Of a stretch of 64,000 bases of DNA, positions 29,053 to 37,641 are shown piece after piece. Under the pieces are notes generated by a model that saw only the letters and a program-made list of their open reading frames with translations, did not search any database and was not told where the DNA came from. The translations under genes were made by a program, and so were the position numbers. The DNA lies in the NCBI GenBank assembly GCA_024654505.1, contig JANLHN010000003.1, forward strand, positions 4,314 to 68,313, written 5' to 3'. The stretch comes from Nanobdellota archaeon. GTDB lineage: Archaea; Nanobdellota; Nanobdellia; Pacearchaeales; GW2011-AR1. The first letter of the stretch is position 1; each line of letters opens with the position of its first letter.

Positions 29053-30333
29053 CTAGGTGAGGGGGAACTCGAGCAGGTCCTTGGTCCAGTCGCCGTTCTC
29101 CATGATGACGACCTCGCGGCCGTCCTGGAGCGTGGCGGTGATGATGGTGTCCATGTCCGAGACCATGACGTCGTGGTGGGTGTTGGACATGTTGCAGCCG
29201 ACTTCCTTCTTCTCCTTGTTGCCCATCTTGTCACCACCCCGGAGAGCGGTGGCGTAGGCCATGCCGGTGGCGACGTGGCACGACGCGTTCTCGTCGTAGA
29301 GCGTGTGCTGGTAGACGCGACCGGTCTGGAAGATGGGGGAGCGCTTGACGGCCACGAGAGCCACCTCGCCGAGGAAGCGAGCTCCCTCGTCGGTGTCCAC
29401 CATCTTCTCGTACGAGTCGAGGTTGTTGCCCTCGATCTTGACGAGCTTGCCCTCCTTGAAGTACAGGACGAGGTTCTCGACCTTGTTGCCGTGGACGATG
29501 CTGGGGCGCGTGCAGCGCAGGACGCCGTTCGCGGTCCGCAGGTCAGGGGTGGTGAAGGTCTCGAACGTGGGGATGTTCAGGGTGACCATCTTGCCCTTGG
29601 CCGTGTCCTTCTTCGCCGAGATCCACTCGTGCTTGGGATGGAAGCCGACGGTGAAGTCGGTTCCCTCGCCGGCGTAGTGGAGGTTCGTGATCCGCATCGC
29701 GTTGAGGCGGGCCGTGACATCCATGAGGGTGTCGACATGTGCGTCCCAGAGCTTGAGGCAGTTGGGCGAGTCGGCGAATGTGAATGAGAAGACGTCGTCC
29801 CAGAGGGCGGCGACAGCCTCGTCCGTCGGGAGGTCCGGGAAGACCTTGGCGGCCCATCCCGGAGAGGGCGGGCCGGCGAGACACCATGCCACCATGCGGC
29901 GGTTGATGCCTTCTTCGCGCCAGCGGTTCAGGAGCGTCATCGTCGTCGTCGTGTAGGCCTGCATCTCCTCTTCGAGGCCCTTGAAGACGTCGGGGTGGTT
30001 CTGGCTTCGGAAGCCCAGGAAGCACCCTTGGGTCTCGATGACGCGTTCCATCTGGATCCGCCGCCACGTGTGTACGAGGTTGCGGTCCTGCTCGGGGGCG
30101 TGGCGCAGCTGGATTGCGGTCAGCATCTCGGAGCCGAACCGGTGGTCCACGTTGCGTGCCCCCAACTTGTAGGCCACCTCGGAGGCCATCTCGGCGAGTC
30201 TGACGTCGGACTCTTCGAAGGCCACGACGACGAACTCTCCTTCTTGGACGTTGAGGCCACGCCTCACGATCAGCTCCACGTAGTTGCGGAGTTTCTCATC
30301 GAAGCTCAGGACCTGGGTCTCTTGGACACTCAT
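29053..30333 (-). CDS. M29 family aminopeptidase (AmpS/aminopeptidase T-like)
   Basis: MSVQETQVLSFDEKLRNYVELIVRRGLNVQEGEFV is a typical M29 N-terminus. The internal ATG with a GGAGGAAGG RBS is chosen over the 24-codon upstream extension. Confidence 0.7.
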   Translation of the reverse strand: MSVQETQVLSFDEKLRNYVELIVRRGLNVQEGEFVVVAFEESDVRLAEMASEVAYKLGARNVDHRFGSEMLTAIQLRHAPEQDRNLVHTWRRIQMERVIETQGCFLGFRSQNHPDVFKGLEEEMQAYTTTTMTLLNRWREEGINRRMVAWCLAGPPSPGWAAKVFPDLPTDEAVAALWDDVFSFTFADSPNCLKLWDAHVDTLMDVTARLNAMRITNLHYAGEGTDFTVGFHPKHEWISAKKDTAKGKMVTLNIPTFETFTTPDLRTANGVLRCTRPSIVHGNKVENLVLYFKEGKLVKIEGNNLDSYEKMVDTDEGARFLGEVALVAVKRSPIFQTGRVYQHTLYDENASCHVATGMAYATALRGGDKMGNKEKKEVGCNMSNTHHDVMVSDMDTIITATLQDGREVVIMENGDWTKDLLEFPLT

Positions 30334-30430
30334 GTGTCTAATTTCCTTCCTCCGTCTGCATACCTCACGCGAGGTTCCGGGCTGCGGACCGGCTATCCTA
30401 AACACCTGTTCAAGATAGGTTGCATTAAGG

Positions 30431-30502
30431 GCTCTTCGTCCCTCCGGCCGAAGAGCTTGTTGTAGAATTGTGGCTGAGCCCTATTTGTATAGCACCGGGC
30501 CC
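30431..30502. repeat. 72-nt intergenic module (hairpin GCTCTTCG..CGAAGAGC plus TATACAAATAGGG), copy A
   Basis: Copy B at 33617-33686 is about 90% identical. Confidence 0.6.
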
Positions 30503-30530
30503 GGGGGTGCTTGTCGGCGTTCGGTTCCGG

Positions 30531-33470
30531 CTAGTCGCGCCGGCCGGTGTTGGGACGCGCGGCCATGATGGCCTCCACGAGTCCTTCCCAGCCCGGCACG
30601 TTGCCGAACACCTTCTGGATGGTCTGGGCCGTCTGGTCCTTGCCGAACATGGCGATCGGCGCACACATCTGTGCGATTTCGGCGAGGACCTTCTTGTCGC
30701 CCAGGTCCTTGAGGGCCGGAGCGATCTTCTCGGACATGACGGAGACGAGAGCGTTGGTGATGTCGCCGTCGTTCTTGGCCTCCTGGAGACGGCGCTCGAG
30801 CTCGATGCCACCCACGCGGAGGTTCTCCTCCGTCTGGGCCTTCTTGCGCTCGAGTTCCGCTGCCGCGATCTTGCTGTGGCTCTCCTGCTCGGCCAGCTTG
30901 GCTTCCAGGCGCTCCTTCTCGTGAAGGATCTCCGCCTGGAGCTGCTTCTCCTTGAGAGCCACGTCGGCCTGGAGCTGCTTCTCCTTGAGAGCCACGTCGG
31001 CTTCCGCCATCGCAGCCTTGAGAGCCACGTCGGCTTCCAGCTTCGTGGTGGCCAGCTTGGCCTCCCTCTCCGCCGCCACCTTCTTCATCGCGAAGTTGGC
31101 GTCGTCTTCGAAGGTCCTCTGGTCCAACTTGTCTTCCTGGTCCTTCTTCGCCATCGCGGTCTTGGCACCGATCTCGGCGAGTGCGAGCGACGTCCTGCGC
31201 TCGATCTCCTCCTCCTTCAGTTCCGCGATCGCCCTTGCGGTCTTGGCCCTTTCGTCTTCCTTGCTGCGCTCGATCTCCTCCAGCTTCGTGGTGAGCTCGA
31301 GTTCTCTGCGAGCGGCCTTCAGCTTGAGAGTGCCGGTGACGGCCTCCAGCTCCGCCGCACGCAGTTCTTCTCCTACCGTTCCGTCGACGATGCGGATCGC
31401 TTCGATCTGCACCTCCTTGATGTGCATCCCGTTCTCCGGGAAGGTGCGGCCGGGACGCTTGCCGTCTGCGCCCTGCTTCCCGATGATGGCGTCCCTGACG
31501 ATGTTGATGCCCACATCGTGCATCTCCTCGACCGAGTGGGTCGAAGCGATGTTCCGAAGGAGGCTCCGCATCGTGGCGACGAGCAGCTGGATGTAGTTCT
31601 CGACTGAGAACCAGAGATCCTTGTGCTCCTTCAGGAAGTCCACCGTGTAGGCGATGCGGACCTTGAACTGGACGAAGTCCCTCGTCTCGACCGTGACCTC
31701 GTCTGAGACGGGGTTGTTGGCGATGCGGAGGTACACGTCCTCCTTGACCTTGTCGTCGGTCTTGGGGGTTCCGGTGAGCAGCTTGAAGATGGTGACGCCT
31801 TCGTCGTACTCAAGGAGTACGGTTTCCGGACCCACCACGACCTTCTGCTCGCCCGTCTTGGAGGTCACCTGGACAGCGTATCCCTCGTAGACCGAGACGC
31901 CCACGGCGCCCTGGAACCTCGTGTCGAGCTTGAGACTCCGGGGAGGAGTGAATGCACCGCGACGGCTGATCTCATCACCGGCGAACTTCTCCTCGGCGTG
32001 GCTGCCGATGGGGGCAGCGTAGGCCTCTTCGCAGAACTCCTCCGAGCCCCTCCGACGACCAGCGGTGAACGAGGCCGCCCGCAGCATCGCGGACTGGCTG
32101 CCCATTGCCTTGGAGATCTCCCGGAGTTGCCGGTTGTGCACCTGCGCTTCCATGTTGCCGGGGAAGAGCAGGTTGACGAGGCGGTCGGTCAGACCCCTCA
32201 CGATGTGGACCTGCCTGCGGGGGTCCGCCAGGAAGAGCTTCGGACCGCGGATGAGAGTTATGGTCCCCTCAACCTTGTCCAGGACGTATCGACCCTCACC
32301 CTTCGGGATGATGACGGCGAAGTGCTTCTCCTGCTTCTCGCCGCTCTCGTTCTCGTAGGTGATGACCGCGTGCTCGGGTCGGGGGAAGTAGATCTTCGTG
32401 TCCCTCCCCGTGATGAAGAGCTCTTCACCCTTCGTGTATGTCCTTCCGTTCTCCGTGTACTCCTCGATGACCTTGACGTGGATGCCCATGTCATCGTTGA
32501 GCTCGATCGCGCGGAAGACGCGGCTGCCCTCGTCGCTGGTGACGAAGGTCTCGGTGCTCTTGGGGAACACCACCCTGGGACCGCGGAGGAAGCGCTTCTC
32601 GCCGTTCTCGCCGAGGAGCACGCAGAACTCCATGGTTTCCAGAGTCACGGCCGAACGGACGTACTTCTCCTTCCCGTCCTCGGGGATGACGCGACCGCCG
32701 GTCGGCGGGATGAAATAGGAGTACACTGTGCCCTTGATGACGACCCGCTGGCCGCGTGTGTAGGCGGCCTGCTCGAGTTCGTCTTCGGGTTCTCCGGCGG
32801 AAGGCTCTTCCGAAGAGGTGTTACCACCTTCGTCGTCGCCATCGTCGCCATCGAGCGTGGGCTCGGTGTCTTTGATGCTCTGCTCGCCGCCGCCGGTCTG
32901 CCCTCCACTTCCGGTCTGCTCGCCGCCGCCGGTCTGCCCGTGCCTGGTGCTGCTCTGCTCGGATGTGGGGACGACCCGGTCGATGACCGCGGTCTTCATG
33001 CCCTCCTCGAACTGCTCCGGGTTCGTGATCTCGAGAACCAGGAACTCGTTCGTCTTGAGGACGTGTCCCGGGACGACCTGGACCTTCTGGCCAGGCCACA
33101 GCGGGATGGAGATGGGGCCGGGGATGTTGACGGTCTTGCCCACCTCCAGTCGTTCCCCCGAGTTCTTCGTACCGGTCTCCGGGAGCTTCCGGTTGCTGAT
33201 AGGGGTAGGGTTTGCCAGCACCAGGTAGGACTTCTCGTCAGCCGTGGCGAATCGCTGCTTCGCCTTGTCCGCCGGCGCCTCCACGAACCTGTCGTCTCCG
33301 TCCAGGACGACGACCTTGTCGTCGCTGGTGAGGTTGACCAGGCAGGGACCGACCCAGACCCGGACATCTCCCTTTTTGGTGTCCTGCACCCAGATGAACT
33401 CGTTGGGTGCCAGGGGAATCTCCAACTCTCTTGGAGTTGTTCCCCTCCTCAGGTCCTGCTCTCCGTTCAT
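30531..33470 (-). CDS. Major Vault Protein homologue (MVP repeats, shoulder domain and a coiled-coil cap helix)
   Basis: Shoulder-domain matches to metazoan MVP: [24 protein letters not shown] against [45 protein letters not shown] against [22 protein letters not shown], and WFSVENY..RNIAS..EEMHD..IVRDAI. A long E/K/A-rich helix sits at the C-terminus. Confidence 0.8.
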   Translation of the reverse strand: [979 protein letters not shown]

Positions 33471-33475
33471 GTCTA

Positions 33476-33615
33476 ACTTCTTTCCGCTCTTGCGAGCATG
33501 AGCCTACTCTCTTCCCACGAGATTACACAATGAGTGTTTTCTCGCTTGACTTCTTGCACCATGCAAGTTCCTGGGCTTAGAACCAGGCGCACCTTGGAAG
33601 GTGTGGTGGGTTAGA
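33476..33615. repeat. 140-nt 5' leader/promoter module, copy 1 (upstream of the MVP gene)
   Basis: Near-identical (2-3 mismatches) to 34343-34483. It contains the inverted repeat TTGCA-CCA-TGCAA. Confidence 0.7.
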
Positions 33616-33616
33616 G

Positions 33617-33686
33617 CGCTCTTCGTCCCTCCGGCCGAAGAGCTTGGTTGTAGAAATGATGGGCCCTATTTGTATAGCACCGGGCC
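33617..33686. repeat. 72-nt intergenic module, copy B
   Basis: See 30431-30502. Confidence 0.6.
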
Positions 33687-33710
33687 CATTGGTGCACGCC
33701 GTCGCCGAAG

Positions 33711-34337
33711 CTACGGGTTCTTGACTGGGGCGGCGATACCTGCGGGTGTCTTCCCGGGAGGGGTGGCCGCGGGTGCCTGACCGACTCCGGCAGGGGTCCG
33801 CTGGATGGGCTGGGCTCCCTTTGGGTCCTCTCCGCGGGGGTCCACCTTCTCCATCTTGGCGAACTCGAAGTCCGTCGTCCAGATGGTCATGTTGTCGTCT
33901 CCTCGCCGGAGGAACTTGGCGTCCTTCGTCGTGAACTCCAGCCACAGCGGACAGCCGTTCCGGAACAGGTTGCACAGGTTCTCTGCGGTGGCCTTGTCGA
34001 CTTGCTGTTCGCAGCGGATTCGCTGCTCGCTCGCGTCGTAGGCCTCGAACCAGATGTTGACTGGGAGTTCCTTGCCCTTGATGATCCGGATGGCTCCCAC
34101 GTTCCATCCGTCGAGGGTCCACTCTCCCGAGGTGGGGAGGGAGGAAGTGTAGACGACCGGGGCCGGCCTGGGGGCGGGCACCGGAGCCGGAACAACAGGG
34201 GTCGGGGCCGGAACGACTGTCAGGGTCGTGGTCGGCCGGTCGAGAGCGTGGCGGTCGCAGTTCTGGTGGCGATCGGTCATGCACCCGGTGAGGGTCAGGC
34301 TGGCGATGAGGGCCAGTGCGAACAGGATGCGCTTCAC
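33711..34337 (-). CDS. lipoprotein (signal peptide with lipobox LTLTGC)
   Basis: MKRILFALALIASLTLTGC, a Pro/Ala-rich linker and a GTG start. Confidence 0.55.
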   Translation of the reverse strand: MKRILFALALIASLTLTGCMTDRHQNCDRHALDRPTTTLTVVPAPTPVVPAPVPAPRPAPVVYTSSLPTSGEWTLDGWNVGAIRIIKGKELPVNIWFEAYDASEQRIRCEQQVDKATAENLCNLFRNGCPLWLEFTTKDAKFLRRGDDNMTIWTTDFEFAKMEKVDPRGEDPKGAQPIQRTPAGVGQAPAATPPGKTPAGIAAPVKNP

Positions 34338-34342
34338 GGGAT

Positions 34343-34483
34343 TCTTCCTTCCGCTCTTGCGAGCATGAGCTTACTCTCTTCCCACGAGATTACACAACGA
34401 GTGTTTTCTCGCTTGACTTCTTGCACCATGCAAGTTCCTGGGCTTAGAACCAGGCGCACCTTGGAAGGTGTGGTGGGTTAGAG
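34343..34483. repeat. 140-nt 5' leader/promoter module, copy 2 (upstream of the lipoprotein gene); ends exactly at the island/host boundary
   Basis: See 33476-33615. Confidence 0.7.
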
Positions 34484-34884
34484 TGACTTCTTATTTCTAT
34501 CAAGAACTAGGACTCAAGTAGTAACATATAGGTATTTCACTGATTTACCGACGTGAAATTGGTGATTTCTCGACGGAAAACCCTGTCTTTAGTAAAGCTC
34601 TAGCTACATAGAAGAATGATACCCTTTGTTGAAATCGGTTATTTCTAACTGATTTCGAGGGTGTTCCGCTGTGTTTCTGGAGTGTCGCTAAGGTGAAATA
34701 TGTGGTACGAAGAACGACAGATGTCGTTCGAGCGGTATGCTTTCGCATTATGTTACTACTTTTGTATGAATATTTATAAAAAAACCCCTTTAAAAATCTT
34801 TCGATTATGTTGTCCTTTAATAGTGACAGAGGATTAGGAGATTCCTATAATTTTGGATGTTAATAGTTAGAAATATTGGTCTTT

Positions 34885-35595
34885 TTAAGGATTACTGCTC
34901 TCTTGTATTGCTTCTGTTTCTGCATGTAGGACTTCCTTATCTTCTTGTATTTGTTCACTGGCTTCTGCCGTTTCTTTTTTCTCGCCCCTGTTAGCAATCC
35001 ATTCACTTAGTTTTCCAAGGAGTTGAGTAATCATTGTTGTGATAAATATGAAGCCTACCACAAATAGGAACATTACAATATAAGATATGATTGTTCCAGA
35101 GGGGAGCACCCAGTTCCAGATTATCTCTCCTAGATTGTAAACTCCTTTAGCAATGGCTGGAAGTGCCTTTGTAATTAGGAGAGTGATAAATAGGGCAAGC
35201 CCAATCCAGTGCGCCCATATATTTTTAACAAGAAGATTAGATATATTCCCTTTAAGAACAAGATTAAGGAACAACCATAGCCATATGTAAACAGTGGAGA
35301 AGAAAAGCAAAGAAACTGCGGGGATTATTCCAAAGACAAGAGCCAACCAAGGGGCACTGTCTTCAAACCATTTGTTTATTGAGTCTATTCTTTCTTCTGC
35401 CTTTGATTTTATTGGTGCAAATTTGCTACTATTAAAATTTCCAGAACTATCTAGCGGGATGTCGTTGTCTATTATTTCCTTTATTTGCGCAACATCTTTA
35501 TCACTCCCAGAGGTTATTGGAGGGTCTTGTGCAACAACATAAAACATCAAAGATATAATTAAGAGTGATATTACTAATAAAATTCCCCTTTTCAT
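34885..35595 (-). CDS. membrane protein (signal/TM plus multiple TM)
   Basis: Hydrophobicity. Confidence 0.45.
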   Translation of the reverse strand: MKRGILLVISLLIISLMFYVVAQDPPITSGSDKDVAQIKEIIDNDIPLDSSGNFNSSKFAPIKSKAEERIDSINKWFEDSAPWLALVFGIIPAVSLLFFSTVYIWLWLFLNLVLKGNISNLLVKNIWAHWIGLALFITLLITKALPAIAKGVYNLGEIIWNWVLPSGTIISYIVMFLFVVGFIFITTMITQLLGKLSEWIANRGEKKETAEASEQIQEDKEVLHAETEAIQESSNP

Positions 35596-35677
35596 AAAAA
35601 TCATAGGTCTCTTTTACTTTTAAACTTTGTTAGAAAGAGTTTTAAATATGTATTAACTAAATAAATCATGAAATTAT

Positions 35678-35730
35678 GACTTCATTGAAGTTTCATGTTT
35701 CAATTTATTAAAGGAGAAGACAAAAATATG
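35678..35730 (+). promoter_or_regulatory. conserved leader module GACTTCATTGAAGTTTCATGTTTCAATTTATTAAAGGAGAAGA..ATG (palindrome ACTTCA/TGAAGT plus SD)
   Basis: The same module lies upstream of the genes at 39655 (minus strand) and 47557. Confidence 0.55.
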
Positions 35731-36405
35731 AAAAAGAAGTTAATATTGTTGGTATTTGTTTTTTTATTAATTCTCCCCATTATTTTTGCTCAAGAGAGTG
35801 ATCCTCCCGTGGCTGGTTCGGGTGACTCAGGTGAAAGTGTTGTGACTGATGGAGAAGGAGTTAATTTAGTTGATAAATCAAAAGAACTTGGGAGTAATTT
35901 ATTTGATAAATCAAAAGTATCATTTCCTATAGAAATCTCTGTTCCTAAATGGATGCAGTCTGGTTCTGAAATTATATTTAAAGTGACCTCAGGGGATAAC
36001 TTAAGTATCTTTTTATTTATTGTTTTAATAGGCATATTTATTATTGTTTTTTCAATTCTTCAGAATGTTATTCACTTATTTACTCCATCTTCTGGAACCA
36101 TTTCAAGTGTAGTTTCCTTGGTGTTTACTCTTGTCCTTTCTTTCTTTGGAATTATAAAATCCTTGGCTCTTTCATTGTTTAGCTTTAAAAGTGAAAGTCT
36201 TGGTACCTTTCCTTCAATCTTAGTGATTCTAGGAGCTATAGGGCTTTGTTTTCTCCTCCATATTGTTGTAAATAAGGTTGTGAGAAAGAAAAAGATAGGA
36301 GATGCCATAGATGAAGGAACTGCTGCCGGAACTCAGATGTCTAAGTTAAAGGCCATGGCAGAAGTACAAGAGGTAGTAAATGATGGTACAATGGGTCCTC
36401 CATAG
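35728..36405 (+). CDS. secreted/membrane protein (signal peptide, acidic Gly/Ser region, four TM)
   Basis: ATG MKKKLIL behind AAAGGAGAAG. The upstream MFQFIKGED extension is a conserved leader, not protein. Confidence 0.5.
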   Translation: MKKKLILLVFVFLLILPIIFAQESDPPVAGSGDSGESVVTDGEGVNLVDKSKELGSNLFDKSKVSFPIEISVPKWMQSGSEIIFKVTSGDNLSIFLFIVLIGIFIIVFSILQNVIHLFTPSSGTISSVVSLVFTLVLSFFGIIKSLALSLFSFKSESLGTFPSILVILGAIGLCFLLHIVVNKVVRKKKIGDAIDEGTAAGTQMSKLKAMAEVQEVVNDGTMGPP

Positions 36406-36627
36406 GGTTGAGGGATTAGGAATGTTTATTTTATAGATTCTATTTGTAAGTATAGGAGGTAATATTCACATTAAAGTTTCTAAGGATTTATTCTGTATGT
36501 TTCTAGATTGGCTAGAATCCTAGCTCACCCTTTACTTTTTTATCTCTGCCTTTGTATTAATATAATATTTCTAGATATCTCAACAAAATGATGGAGAATA
36601 TATAGGGCAAGGAGATAATTTCTATAA

Positions 36628-37479
36628 CTAGTTCTTCAATCCAGATAGCTCTCTTATTGTCTTTTCAATCTCTTTTATATGCTTTCTAGCTGCCACTTTG
36701 TCTGCAGGTAATGCCATTGGATTTGCAATAATATTCTGATAGGCTTCTATACTTGTTGTTAGAGTATTTATTTGCGCCAAGGCTCGAGAGCCCTTGGCTT
36801 TAGAGATGCCTAGGTCTGCTCTTTCTTTGTAGATTAATCTTCTGAAGGTTGCATCAAACCAGAACATTAATAGGGAAAGTACAGCAAATATAATATATAC
36901 CCAAAGTGTAGCTTTAGCCCCTTCCACACCAAAGGTTCCTGTGGCGATAAGGTAACTTAAGAATGCAAAATAAACTAACCAAATTACTTTATTTGCTAAA
37001 CGAGACCGAATCTTCATAGTTATAAAGAACATAGCTAAGAAAGGTAATCCTATAAGTAATGTTGCAATGAATGCACTTGCCGGAGATGTTAAAGACATCC
37101 AAAGATCTTTAGGCATAAATCTAACACCTATGATTGCGACGATTATTCCGACAAAGAAGTTTGCAAGGTGTCCTGCTTTTGATTCACCAAAGATATTTAC
37201 AGAATCAAGAGTTGATACAATAACTATAGATGCTAAGAGAAACGTTAAAACCATTAAGAAGGCATTATTCTGTCCTGTTTGGTCTAATCCTAAAACTGCT
37301 TTGAATATCGGACCTAAAATTGTCATAAATAACTCACTTACCAAATTCATACCTTTCTCTGCGGTACCTCCCTCTAGAGCAAACCAACCGATAAGAAAAA
37401 TCCCTGCAAAAATAATAAGAATACCAACGACAACTCCTGCAAATATGTTTTGTCCTCTTTTGTTGAAGCCCGTTTTCAT
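36628..37479 (-). CDS. multi-pass membrane protein, paralogue family member 1
   Basis: About 60% identical to the 37642-38478 product. Shared C-terminal motif EKTIRELSGL. Confidence 0.55.
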   Translation of the reverse strand: MKTGFNKRGQNIFAGVVVGILIIFAGIFLIGWFALEGGTAEKGMNLVSELFMTILGPIFKAVLGLDQTGQNNAFLMVLTFLLASIVIVSTLDSVNIFGESKAGHLANFFVGIIVAIIGVRFMPKDLWMSLTSPASAFIATLLIGLPFLAMFFITMKIRSRLANKVIWLVYFAFLSYLIATGTFGVEGAKATLWVYIIFAVLSLLMFWFDATFRRLIYKERADLGISKAKGSRALAQINTLTTSIEAYQNIIANPMALPADKVAARKHIKEIEKTIRELSGLKN

Positions 37480-37641
37480 TTCCTCTTTAGTTAATCTTTC
37501 TTTATAAATATTTCGCTGGTGAATTATCTTTTTCTAAATAAAATTTTTCTCAAATAAATTAATTTCTTTTTTTGAGATTATTAGACATTATGTACTTACA
37601 AAAGATGTTTAATATTTGGGAATTTTAGGAAGACTATCTAA

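Noticed and set aside
30425-30560. Possible sigma-54-type promoter (GG-N10-GC) in the 140-nt leader module
   Set aside because: The spacing does not fit the GG-N10-GC rule. Only the TTGCA-N3-TGCAA inverted repeat is solid.
27844-34481. Numerous overlapping 60-490-aa ORFs in the GC island (e.g. 27962-28375, 28038-28631, 29543-30067, 30468-31607, 31998-33476, 33577-34284, 34002-34481)
   Set aside because: These are high-GC frame artefacts rich in R/A/P/S. Each overlaps a gene with a clear family assignment on the other strand or frame.
35695-35727. Shared N-terminus MFQFIKGED(K/E)NM in two ORF-track proteins
   Set aside because: It arises from a conserved non-coding leader containing the AAAGGAGAAGA SD. 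The true starts are the downstream ATGs (35728 and 39655).
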